Assembly: GCA_965222415.1 (NCBI GenBank)
Contig: CBDCTU010000002.1
Coordinates: forward strand, 260,663 to 324,662
Direction of reading: 5' to 3'
Source: Dehalococcoidia bacterium
GTDB taxonomy: Bacteria; Chloroflexota; Dehalococcoidia; Lucifugimonadales; UBA2985
Length of the DNA: 64,000 bases
This document shows positions 29,174-38,800 of this stretch, piece by piece. A program made the position numbers and the translations under genes. The notes under the pieces were generated by a model. It did no database searches. It was not told the DNA's origin and worked only from the letters and a program-made list of their open reading frames with translations. Every line of letters starts with the position of its first letter. The stretch's first letter is position 1.

Positions 29174-30820
29174 CTAGTCCAAATGGCCGGTCATCAACAT
29201 GCCTACCTGGTGCGCAGAGGTATCAGCCGGGCTGGAATGCCCAACCACCTCCCCGCGATGCATGACCATAAGCCTGTCACTAATAGCGAATAGCTCATCC
29301 AGGTCCTCAGAGATCAGGACCGTTGCGGATCCGGCCTCCCTTGCCTTCAAGAGAAGAGCGCGGGTTATTTCTGCAGTCTTCACGTCCAGACCGCGGGTTG
29401 GGTAGTATGCAACCAGGACCCGCGGGTCTCGAGTAAGCTCCCTATTCAGCACTACACGCTGCATATTCCCACCGGAAAGTGTACCGACCTCCAAGCCGGG
29501 CTCCGGCATGGTCATAGGGAAGGCGGAAAACGAAGCATCAATCCGTTCCCGAATGGCTCCCCAATCCAGGAAGACATTCTGGTTTGCAAAGCTGTGAATC
29601 TCTCCCAACACCATGTTCTCTTCCACCCGCATGTCCGGCACAAGCGCCATTCCAATAGCGTCTTCCGGAATATACCCAACGCCCGCGTTAAGGATGGCGG
29701 AAACGGACCATCCTTCCACATTCCTGCCATGTAGTATCACAGACCCGGACTGTTTTCGATGCAGGCCCAGAAGAACTTCGCCAATCTTCTCCTGTCCATT
29801 GCCGGACACTCCTGCCACTCCCAGAATCTCACCAGGACTTACACGAAAACTAAATTGCTTGAGGCTAACTCCCTGATCCCCAGAAGGTGTAGTAACGTTA
29901 TTGAACTCCAGCGCAATCTCAGTTGCCACCTTCTCAGCTCGGTTATCCTCAGCACGCACAGCTTGTGGTGGAGCGCTGCCTATCATCATGGTTACCAACT
30001 CTGCAGTAGTTGTCTCCTTCGGTGAAACAGTGCCCACCACCGCTCCATGTCTCAGCACGGTGATTCTGTCTGCCGTGGCCATGACCTCGCGAAGCTTATG
30101 AGTTATAAAGAGGATCGCGTACCCGTCCGCCTTCAGCTCATCGAAAACCTTGAACAGCCCTTCAACCTCATGGGGCGCGAGGACGCTGGTAGGCTCGTCG
30201 CAAATAAGCAGCCGAGCATTCGCGATGATGAGTTTGATCAACTCCACCTTTTGCCGCTGGCCCATTGACAGAGATCCAACTCTTGCGCTTGGGTCAACCT
30301 CCAAGGCGTACCTGTCGGAAACCTCTTGTATCCGTGCCGAGAGGGTCTTGTGATTCAGCACCATCCCCTGGTCCGGCCAGAACAACGCTACGTTCTCTGC
30401 CACAGTCATGGCGGGCACAAGAGTGAAGTTCTGGAACACCATGCCTACTCCTGAGCGTATGCTATCCTGAGGTGAACGGAATCTGGTCTCCTTGCCGTTC
30501 ATTCGGATAGTGCCAGCGTCAGGCTGGTAGTAACCGTAGATGATTTTCATCAAGGTGCTTTTGCCTGCCCCGTTCTCTCCCAGTATGGCATGCACCTCTC
30601 CGTGTCTGAGTTCCAGATCAATGGCATCGTTAGCCGTCACACCAGGAAAGCGCTTCGTGATGCCCTGCAGAGATAGCAGGGGCACGTTTGCCAATTCTGC
30701 CTCCTCACTGGCACGGGGCAAAGAAACATCCTCAATGATCTGAGAGTCAGATGCCAGAGAAGGGTCAAGTTCATCGACAGTGCGCTTATTGCGCCACGGG
30801 ACGTTAATCATAACTGGCAT
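29174..30820 (-). CDS. ABC transporter ATP-binding protein, duplicated NBD
   Basis: GENGAGKST is Walker [12 protein letters not shown] and [11 protein letters not shown] are the signature motifs. LLICDEPT and LISEDLDE are Walker B motifs. This gives two nucleotide-binding domains. Confidence 0.9.
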   Translation of the reverse strand: MPVMINVPWRNKRTVDELDPSLASDSQIIEDVSLPRASEEAELANVPLLSLQGITKRFPGVTANDAIDLELRHGEVHAILGENGAGKSTLMKIIYGYYQPDAGTIRMNGKETRFRSPQDSIRSGVGMVFQNFTLVPAMTVAENVALFWPDQGMVLNHKTLSARIQEVSDRYALEVDPSARVGSLSMGQRQKVELIKLIIANARLLICDEPTSVLAPHEVEGLFKVFDELKADGYAILFITHKLREVMATADRITVLRHGAVVGTVSPKETTTAELVTMMIGSAPPQAVRAEDNRAEKVATEIALEFNNVTTPSGDQGVSLKQFSFRVSPGEILGVAGVSGNGQEKIGEVLLGLHRKQSGSVILHGRNVEGWSVSAILNAGVGYIPEDAIGMALVPDMRVEENMVLGEIHSFANQNVFLDWGAIRERIDASFSAFPMTMPEPGLEVGTLSGGNMQRVVLNRELTRDPRVLVAYYPTRGLDVKTAEITRALLLKAREAGSATVLISEDLDELFAISDRLMVMHRGEVVGHSSPADTSAHQVGMLMTGHLD

Positions 30821-30876
30821 TCCTTAAGACATAGGATTGGATGCAAAAGCATAGTAATCGTGAAATATCTCACAAT

Positions 30877-30904
30877 TGTTACCGGCGTGTTACATTCTTG
30901 TTAC
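30877..30904. promoter_or_regulatory. Three TGTTAC hexamers phased exactly 11 bp apart upstream of the ABC operon
   Basis: TGTTAC occurs at 30877-30882, 30888-30893 and 30899-30904. This is 57-84 bp upstream of the ATPase start codon (30820, minus strand). On the coding strand the hexamer reads GTAACA. Confidence 0.3.
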
Positions 30905-31525
30905 GCGGACAATTCTCGTCCCACGTTGTCGACCAAGTGGCGTACTTGTAGAACTTCAGCGCGTTAGATTGGATGGCATGTTTACCGAGGGGGATGAATC
31001 TATAGTTTGCAGCTAACAAATCTCCCGATAGCGCCGTCTCGTTCCAGACTGCACCATTCCTGTCGAGAGTCAGGCGGGATACGCAGCATTTGTCCTGTGC
31101 ATTTCACACCTTTCTGCTGGGTTGCCCCTTAGAGCCGCTCGAAGGGGAGATGCACACGGAGGTCAGCTGGTGAGCAGCAATGTATGCGACTATGGCCCCC
31201 TACTACAGGGAGCAGTGATAACCTGAAGCTGCGTGAAGTACTGTCTGCAGTCAAGCTAGGCAGTGAAAAGTGGGCCTAAGTTGACTGAACGCAGTACCAG
31301 GTTTGAGTTGGTATTGGCTCTGTGATTGTTGGCACCGCGACCCTCGGGGGAGTTCGAGCCTCTTCGGGCAGCCGTGATAGCTTTGATGGGCAGGCCGTTG
31401 TCGATGTTGAATGCGGTGGCTCCTCCGGGAATGACTTGAGCAGCACAATCTTGGTGGAACATTCCGCCTTATCAGTTTGTAGAGAGCTTGACCAAGCGAG
31501 TTAGAAACTCTTTCGCGTCACATTC

Positions 31526-32245
31526 CTACGCTAGTAGCTCCGCAACTGATCGGACTGTGCTATCCGGGATTGTCGGACTGCTCTCGGGCAATCCTCTGCT
31601 TTTCCAGTCAACCCACACCGTGTATATGCCTTGGGACTGGGCGCCGGCGATGTCCGCTTCCAGATTGTCGCCCACCATCATGGCATCCCAAGGCTGAACC
31701 GCCAACTGCCCCAAGGCGTGCTGGAAGACCCTTGGATCCGGCTTGCCCACGCCAAACTCCTCTTCAATGACAATGCAGTCGAAGAAGGGCTCCAGCCCGA
31801 AGCGATCGATCTTGCCTCGCTGAAAATCGGAGAGGCCGTTAGTGATTAGCGCCATCCCCTTCCCCATCTCCCGAATGTGTTTCAGGGTACCCATAGTGCC
31901 TGGGAATACCTCTAGCGACGCCTCTATAATCTCGGCGTAGGCACTGGCGACCTCATCGGCTGTCTCCCCGGCATTCACGCCGATGTGAGAAAAGACCAGG
32001 GCAACCAGCTCACGGCGGGAAGCTTCCATGTTTAGACGCGCCCACTGGTCCCAAACCGGGTCTCCCTGGAGCCGAGGGCGTATTTCGTTCATTGCATCGG
32101 CAAACCGCTGGACGTCCAAGCCGCCTAGCTGGGATGCGAATCTCGCGAAGGCCCGTTCCCAACTCTTGGGAGATACTCTCTCCTGGGCCAGAATGGTGTT
32201 ATCCATGTCGAAGAGTATTGCTCTGGGTCGCCGAATGTTCACCAT
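31526..32245 (-). CDS. HAD-superfamily hydrolase
   Basis: AILFDMDNT is HAD motif I (DxD). LITNG is motif II. GVGKPDP and MVGDNLEADIAGA are motifs III/IV. The start is taken at MVNIRRPRA (32245), not at the longer track ORF. Confidence 0.8.
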   Translation of the reverse strand: MVNIRRPRAILFDMDNTILAQERVSPKSWERAFARFASQLGGLDVQRFADAMNEIRPRLQGDPVWDQWARLNMEASRRELVALVFSHIGVNAGETADEVASAYAEIIEASLEVFPGTMGTLKHIREMGKGMALITNGLSDFQRGKIDRFGLEPFFDCIVIEEEFGVGKPDPRVFQHALGQLAVQPWDAMMVGDNLEADIAGAQSQGIYTVWVDWKSRGLPESSPTIPDSTVRSVAELLA

Positions 32246-32436
32246 CTTTCCTCGCCGATAAGAGACGCCAAATGGGAAACTCTCCTCCCGCATTGTTGGG
32301 GCGTAGCCATCGTCGACGGCGGATCCCCACTCCGGCGTCGCCAGAGTGAACGCCCACGATAGTTGTACCACAGATTGGGAGATACAGGTAGGTCCAGATG
32401 GGACAGTCCTAACTGCTACAAGATTTGAGGAGTTGC

Positions 32437-32523
32437 ATGGAAGCGTATTGTGTGAAATGCCGTTCCAAGAGAGAGATGAGCAACTCACATGTCATTACGG
32501 GGCAGACCAAGCAGAAAGAATAA
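32437..32523 (+). pseudogene. Truncated paralog of the DUF5679-like zinc-ribbon gene
   Basis: MEAYCVKCRSKREMSNSHVIT then diverges (GQTKQKE*). About 95 bp including the RBS region is near-identical to 2895-2990. The second CxxC half is missing. Confidence 0.5.
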
Positions 32524-32568
32524 TCATCGACTTCGAGAATCTCGGCTTCCTGCTTACAGTTAGAGCAC

Positions 32569-32778
32569 TTAAACACTTCGTCGATAATCATCCGTGACCT
32601 CACCTTCAACAGGAGCTAGGTTCCTCAACCCAACGGCATAAGGCTTGCCATCCACTTCCACCACAGCCACAGTATACCCCAGGAACTTTCCGGTCGCACC
32701 TGGGACTTGTCCGTGTTCAGTCCCGACCTTGACCTTATCACCTTCTCTAAACGCCCCACTCTTGTCTAGCTTCTCCAT
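32569..32778 (-). CDS. Hypothetical small protein (69 aa)
   Basis: GGGAGG lies 7 nt upstream of the ATG at 32778. The protein reads MEKLDKSGAFREGDKVKVGTEHGQVPG.., which looks SH3/KOW-like. The family is unknown. Confidence 0.4.
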   Translation of the reverse strand: MEKLDKSGAFREGDKVKVGTEHGQVPGATGKFLGYTVAVVEVDGKPYAVGLRNLAPVEGEVTDDYRRSV

Positions 32779-32780
32779 AT

Positions 32781-33155
32781 CTAACCTCCCATAAGGCATC
32801 CCCTACGCAGTGTTTCCAACGCCGTTTCATAGTCGATTAGCTCTCGCTGAAATCTATCCCAAGCATCAGAGTCGTTCTTATATTCCTCGTACCATCGACG
32901 GGCATAGGCAACATCCGCAATCCATTGAGGCGCATTCCCACACATAGCCTGTACCTCACGAGCATCAATCAGGCCATCAGCGTTGACCGCAATAGTGAAT
33001 ACCCTGATGGCCTCGAAATCGTCCACCATATCCTGATACCCCTCTAATTCCCAGGGCTCTTTCTTGTCGGCATTGGACAGCACAGAGAGCAGGATTATGG
33101 CCGCGGCAATAGCCATACCAGCGATAGTCAGAGTGGGGACAAGGTTCACTCGCAA
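32781..33155 (-). CDS. Hypothetical membrane-anchored protein (124 aa)
   Basis: An N-terminal TM segment (LTIAGMAIAAAIILLSVL) is followed by a soluble acidic domain. Confidence 0.45.
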   Translation of the reverse strand: MRVNLVPTLTIAGMAIAAAIILLSVLSNADKKEPWELEGYQDMVDDFEAIRVFTIAVNADGLIDAREVQAMCGNAPQWIADVAYARRWYEEYKNDSDAWDRFQRELIDYETALETLRRGCLMGG

Positions 33156-33293
33156 AATGGACGCCCCTTTCAGGCTAGGTTAGCGACTTACATACGGTCT
33201 TATGTCATTGAAGCTCTTCACATACCCATTCTCCCAAGGGCTCCCCGGTATACAGAAGAGGGTGAGAAGACCCAATGGAGATCGGGACACCGG

Positions 33294-34343
33294 CTAGCGT
33301 AATTTCAAGCCTGATTTACCTGGCCATGGAGAACCCGTGTCTTTGCGCTTGAATGAAACTATCTGATCGGGAAGCGCCTTTTCCAGAATCGAGAGGATGA
33401 ATCGACCATTCTTGGTAAGATCACGGGTCTTACCCGGAATGAAGCCATCCTTTTCGCTGACGATGAATCCTCTGTCCCACAGGTAGCTGTAAACTCCCCA
33501 GACATCTTCTCTCTTTGCCGAGGTCTTCATTATCCCGGTCTTTGGGTCCACTCTCTTTGCGGTGCTCTCCGTAACCTCGCTGATCTTGCTTGGCTCCCCT
33601 CTTTCTAAAGTCTCAACTGTAGAGCCTTCAAGAGCCTTCACCCTGTCCCAAAGTTCGCCTTCAGATAACTGTCTCATGGCATCCTCCAAAGTGTTTGTTA
33701 GTGCCTCAGCTTCCAATGGGAAGCCTCTGTGCTTACGTGGCAGGCATCGCGGATTGGGGTCTTCCGGGCCCAATCCCAAGGCGCTCCAACGGCCACGCCA
33801 CGAAGTGAGGGCTGACTCGAAGATACTCGTGTCCAACGAGCCGTGCTTGGACCCCGGCCGATGGCCACCCCGCTCTCGCAGATACTTGATGTGAGGCTGT
33901 CGAATCATCTCGCCCCGCACGGTGTCGTCTGGGACTATCCAGTATTGCAGCTCCTCCAGAGAGACGAAGACCCAGTAGTGGTCTGACTTACTCTCCGCTT
34001 CCCGCAAGGTCAACAGGTCGGTGGCATCTCGGTGATGCGGATGAGTTGGGAACTTTCCTGACGCCTCGGCGCAGCGAGCAGCCTTGCATGTATCAAGGCA
34101 AAGGCACTCCGGCACGTTCTTAGGTATATCCCATGCATGACGCAAGGAAGCCGGCCAACGTTGCCTTGAAAAACGCTTGGTTTTGACTTGAGTGTAAGCC
34201 ATGCGCTTCTGTTAGGCGTCGGTCTCCACTATGTCGATGCCGGGGACATTGCCGGAAAAGGGCGACGCGTAGGCCCCACGCCTGTTGAGCTCGGCCGCAA
34301 CGTAGTGTTCCCCAGCCCGTCCTATTCTGTCTGTTAGAGCCAT
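33294..34343 (-). pseudogene. PD-(D/E)XK nuclease-like gene interrupted by one in-frame TAA
   Basis: GGGAGG lies 5 nt upstream of the ATG at 34343. The reading is MALTDRIGRAGEHYVAAELNRRGAYASPFSGNVPGIDIVETDA-TAA(34212-34214)-QKRMAYTQVKTKRF..., all in one frame with ORF 33294-34202. The stop lies between the GxxGE...D(IDIV) and QVK motifs. Confidence 0.55.
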
Positions 34344-34454
34344 TAGGCCTCCCTGCAAACTCTCAATTTAGACACCTTTCCCAGCACCAGGCCAGTCTGC
34401 GCCGTGGTCCCACCACTTTCAGTCCAACGGCGCATCAGTGGGCTGGGAGTGGCG

Positions 34455-34739
34455 CTACTGACGCCGCCGTCTGAGATCATCGATGATCCGTTGCAAGCTG
34501 TCCAAGAGCATATCCGTGAGCTCGAGGGCACGCTCATGCTCCGCATAGCCCCACGCGAGAGCCGCGGTGAGAAGCATGACCAATAGAACGCAGACAAGAA
34601 GCCATCGGCGTTTCGACTTCCTTGCCCTGATCGGAGGAAGGTATCTTATCTCCCGCCGTATAACCTGGCGCACATTGCCCCTGCATCGCCAGCACGTACA
34701 CCCTTGGGGATGGCGGTGGGACCAAGTGGTCCGCTGCAT
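34455..34739 (-). CDS. Hypothetical small protein with Cys cluster and one TM segment
   Basis: GAGGA lies 7 nt upstream of the ATG. It has HPQGCTCWRC, a basic stretch, then WLLVCVLLVMLLTAALAW. Confidence 0.35.
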   Translation of the reverse strand: MQRTTWSHRHPQGCTCWRCRGNVRQVIRREIRYLPPIRARKSKRRWLLVCVLLVMLLTAALAWGYAEHERALELTDMLLDSLQRIIDDLRRRRQ

Positions 34740-34813
34740 CAGTTAGTCCTCAACCCATTCTAAAGGTCACTTCTTGAGGTGGTGGCGCGGGCAGTTGGCC
34801 TGGCGGCTCACTC

Positions 34814-35452
34814 TTACGTTATGCGGAAGTGCTTGCCGGAGGCGCTTTCTTGCCTTCGGTCCGCATCCCAGCGGCTGACCACCAATCGGGGGTATGGCAC
34901 TGGCAACTCAAGCCAGACTGGAACACCGGCGCGCTTCATCCAATCAGGCCATTGGTCATAAAGCAGGCGCTCCGGCCGGCGCGGCGACATAAGGCAGTAG
35001 TCAACCTTCGCTCCTGAACGCTTCTCGCCGTCCTTGCCGAATATACCTCCCAAGCGCCTCGCCTTCGACAGTGCTTGACTGTTGTCCCAGGATTCGTACC
35101 CCTTCGCCTCAACGCCCACTAGGCGATAGTCGCCGTCCTTCTTGAACGCGATAAGCAGGTCCAGGTCCTCCTGATTTCCGTGCACCAAGTCCCCATTGGG
35201 GAAAACGTCGTTTCCGGACGGTTCGTGCCATTTGGCAATGGCTGCGGCCAGCCAATCCAGATGATAGTCCATCCAGACGCGGGCGTCGGTTGGGATGGTG
35301 ATGTCAAGCATTGCCCCCAAACTCTCGCGGAACTCCTCGGAAAGCGAGAACCTGTCCAGACCTAGCGCATGGCAAACGAGGAAGTACCGCTCTTTCCTGT
35401 TGAACTGGTCCAGCAACTCTATCAAATCCTGCGCACCCTCAGAGATGGCCAT
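34814..35452 (-). CDS. Hypothetical protein, possible PD-(D/E)XK fold
   Basis: 212 aa. EDLDLLIAF...YRLVGVEAKGY has the D...E.K spacing of restriction-endonuclease-like folds. I recognised no family. Confidence 0.45.
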   Translation of the reverse strand: MAISEGAQDLIELLDQFNRKERYFLVCHALGLDRFSLSEEFRESLGAMLDITIPTDARVWMDYHLDWLAAAIAKWHEPSGNDVFPNGDLVHGNQEDLDLLIAFKKDGDYRLVGVEAKGYESWDNSQALSKARRLGGIFGKDGEKRSGAKVDYCLMSPRRPERLLYDQWPDWMKRAGVPVWLELPVPYPRLVVSRWDADRRQESASGKHFRIT

Positions 35453-35871
35453 TGTCGTATCTCCTCCTTCGTGTAAGGTGTTGAGCCGTATATCAAGGCC
35501 TCCGGATCGTAGATCTCGCGTCAGCCCCCTGCTTGCGACTCGGCGCTGGGCTTCGTACAGCCGCCCGGTTCGTCGTCCGGCTTTGATGGCGTCAGCACGG
35601 CGGCGTTAGCAGGTAATGACCCAAGGCCAGCGGTTGATGCTGTCCTGGGGGAGGCCTGCTCCGCACTTCGGGCAAGACACAGCCGTGACTCCGAGTCACG
35701 GCGCCAGCACAAGCGAGGGGCTGCGCACTCAAGACCGGCCCAGTCTCAAGATTGATGCACCCCAGCATCGATGGCGGCCATGGCGTTCTAGTTGCTTTGC
35801 TCATGTTCCTCGCGATGTCGGCCCTCCCATGCGCAGGCCAACTCGAGGACGCGCCTGTACTCCAGCTCACG

Positions 35872-38800
35872 CTACCCGCCTACATCGATCACCGTGATCT
35901 CCACGACGGCGGTATCCGCCTGGCCCTCAGGGTCGATGGCCACCACCCGCAGGCGGTAGAAGGGGGTCGTCTCGTAGTCCAAGGGCCCCCTCACCGTGAT
36001 GGCCCCGGTGACCTGGTCGACGGCGAAGTGGAAGGCCTCGTTCCCCCCGGTGATGACGTACCCTACCGTGTCCCCCGGGTCCCTATCCGTGGCGGTGACG
36101 CTGCCCACCGTCACACCCAGCCCGGCGTCCTCCGCCACGCTGAAGGCGTACTCCTCCTGGTCGAAGGCTGGCGCCAGGTTGCAGGGCTCCGTGGTCACCA
36201 GTGCCGTGGCAGACTCCCGGCCCCACGCCGCGGCGTAGGTCGCGCCGTCCCCGTAGGCCCGCACCTGGAACTGGTAGATGGCGCCGCAGGCGAGTCCCCT
36301 CTCGGGGGTGTAGGTCTGGGAGGTTTCCGTGGTTGTCGCCAAGGCGCTCCACATCCCCGGAGGACTTCCCGCCCGCCACTCGGCCTCGTACCTGGTCGCT
36401 CCCCTCAGGGCCGTCCAGGTGAGGGTGAAGGCTCCCTCCGCCAGGGTGACACTGAGATTCTCCGGCGCCGGCGGCGCGTCCTCCCCCACGTCCGTCACCC
36501 TGATGATAACCGTCGCCGTGTCCGTCCCCCCCTTTCGGTCGTCGACCCTGATCATCAGCGTGTACTCGTCCGTAGTCTCGTAGTCCAGGGGCCCCGCCAC
36601 CAAGGAGAGGGTTCCAGCGCTCGGGTTCATCCCGAACCGCCGCTCTCCATTGCCGCCCGTGATCCGGTAGGTCAGCGCGTCCCCGTCCGGGTCCGTGGCC
36701 GACACCGCCCCCACCTCCACCACCGCCTCGGCGTCCTCGGCTACCTCGAAGGCGTAGGGGGCCTGGTCGAAGGCCGGGGGCCGGTTGCAGGGGTCGGTGG
36801 TTACCGACTCCACGGCGGACTCCTGGCCCCAGCCAGGTACGTACGTCGTCCCATCCCCGTAGGCCCTCACCCTGAAGTCGTAGGTCGTCTCGCACTGGAC
36901 GCCGTCGGCAGGAATATACGCCAGCGTCGTTTCCTCAGCGGTATCCGCTACGGCCCACTCCTCTCCGGACCCCTCTACCCGGTACTGCACCTCGTACGAG
37001 CCAGCCCCGGTCACCGCGGTCCATGCGATGGAGAATGCATCCTCCGCCAGGGATGCGCTGAGGCCTTCCGGCGCCGGTACAGGACCCGCCTGAGTGCAGA
37101 ACGGCAGCCCCAGTTCGTCAAAGTCGTTGTTGACCACATCCTCCAACGCCGGCGGCACGCAGCCCTCCAGCAGGTTGCCGGACAATTGGAGTATCGACAG
37201 ACCGGTAAGGTTCCCCATCTGCCACGGTATAGCTCCGCTCAATCGGTTGTTGTGTAGCCGAAGGCTCTGCATGTTCGACAACTCCCCCAACTCTGGCGGG
37301 ACGACGCCCGTCAAGTCGTTGGAGCCCAACTGCAACAACGCCAGCCCTGTTAGGCCGCGCAGCCCTACCGGTATGGAACCCGTCAGCCTGCGGCTACCCA
37401 GGGTCAGCCTATTGACACGCTTCGGAGTTCCTCCTATCGTGACTCCGTCCCAACTCGACATCGCCGTGCCCGTGCTCCAGTTGAGCCTGGCCGTGCCCGC
37501 CAACTGGTCTTTCAGCCCCAGCAGTGTCTCGCAGTCGCTTACCAGACCGGTATTGTTGGCGGGATCAGGTACCGCTATCCCGCCGGAGCACACGGCCTCC
37601 ACCACCGCTATCGTCACTGTCACGGTGGCCGTCTCACCATTCCCGTCGTCCACCTCCACAGTTAGGGTGTAAGTGTCCGCGGTCTCGCGGTCCAGCGCTC
37701 CCTCCACCGTGATCTCCCCCGTCGTACCGTCGATGGTGAACTTGCCGTCCTCGTTGCCCGATATGATGGAGTAGGTCAGCGTGTCGCCCGAGTCAGGGTC
37801 GGTGGCGGAGACTGTTCCCACAGCGCCAACTGTAGTAGCGTCCTCGGAGACCAAGAAGGCGTAGCTGGACTGGTCGAACGCCGGGGGCTGGATGCACGAC
37901 TCCGTTTCCACAGGCGTCGGCTCTGAGGGGTCGCTCCAAAGGGCTGCAAAGGTAACGGCGTCGCCGTAAGCCCTCACCCTGAACTCGTAGGTCGAACCGC
38001 AGGGGGGTCCATCGGCAGGGCTGTACGTCGACGTGGTGGTAGTGGTGGCCTCCAAAGCTGCCCAGTCCTCCCCGGAGTCTCTGAGCATGTACTGAACCTC
38101 GTACTTGCTCGCCCCTGTCACAGCTTCCCATGTTATGGTGAAGGTACTGTCAGTCAGGGATGCGCCGACCGGCGTCGGCACAGGCGGGGCGTCCTCAGGC
38201 ACGTCCGTGACGCTGATGGAAACCGTGACCGTGTCCTTCTGGTCGTTGCCGTCGTCCGCCTCCACTGTCAGGCTGTAGGTTGCAGCGGTCTCATGGTCCA
38301 GGGCGACAGCCACCGTGATATCCCCGGTCTCATCGTCGATATCGAAGGCGTTCCCCGTGTTACCCGCTGTGATGGCGTAGCTCACCTCGTCGTCCTCGTC
38401 CGGGTCGGTGGCCGACACCGTCCCAACCACGTCATCCACCTCCGCATCCTCCGCCACGTCGAAGGCGTAGCTCGTCTCGCCGAAGACCGGCGGGCACGAC
38501 GCTGTCTCCACCGTCTCCGCATCCGACTCCGTCCCCCACATAGCGGTGTAGGTGTCGCCGTCCCCGAAGGCCCGCACCCGGAACCTGTACGCGGTGCTGC
38601 AGGTCACCCCATCCGCCGGCGTGTAGTCCTGGGTCGTCCCCGTGGTCTCCGCCAGCGCCGTCCACGTCACCGTCGCCGCATCCGCAGCATTAGTGGTGTG
38701 CTGCGCCTCGTAATTGGCGGCGCCACTCACCGCATTCCACATGATGGTGAATGTATCGTCCGTCAGCGACGCACTCACTCCCGTCGGAGCGAGCGTTCCG

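Noticed and set aside
30821-31525. The ~700-bp gene-free interval upstream of the ABC operon, examined for a riboswitch or a hidden gene. It contains protein-like fragments (e.g. minus-strand ..LTLDRNGAVWNETALSGDLLAANYRFIPLGKHAIQSNALKFYKY.. and ORF 31256-31462).
   Set aside because: I could not match any known riboswitch consensus by eye. The fragments lack starts and recognisable motifs, and are probably gene debris. Only the phased TGTTAC hexamers are reported.
34212-34214. Stop-codon reassignment (TAA read as sense) as an explanation for the in-frame TAA.
   Set aside because: TAA terminates the well-conserved typA gene in this same window (20549-20551). A genome-wide TAA reassignment is therefore not tenable.
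35684-35700. The perfect palindrome CGTGACTC-C-GAGTCACG, and an adjacent 24-codon CPKCG zinc-ribbon-like mini-ORF, in the spacer between the island and the surface operon.
   Set aside because: The ORF is too short and lacks an RBS. A single 8-bp-arm palindrome is not distinctive enough to call a site.
35752-37257. Long ORFs antisense to, or out of frame with, confident genes. Examples are 35752-37257 (+, 501 aa), 1176-2465 (-, 429 aa), 3387-4316 (-), 4320-5093 (-), 11530-12621 (-), 52615-53397 (+) and 9031-9798 (-).
   Set aside because: These are typical shadow ORFs of high-G+C DNA. Their translations are Arg/Gly/Pro/His-rich low-complexity strings. They overlap genes that have clear family motifs and ribosome-binding sites.
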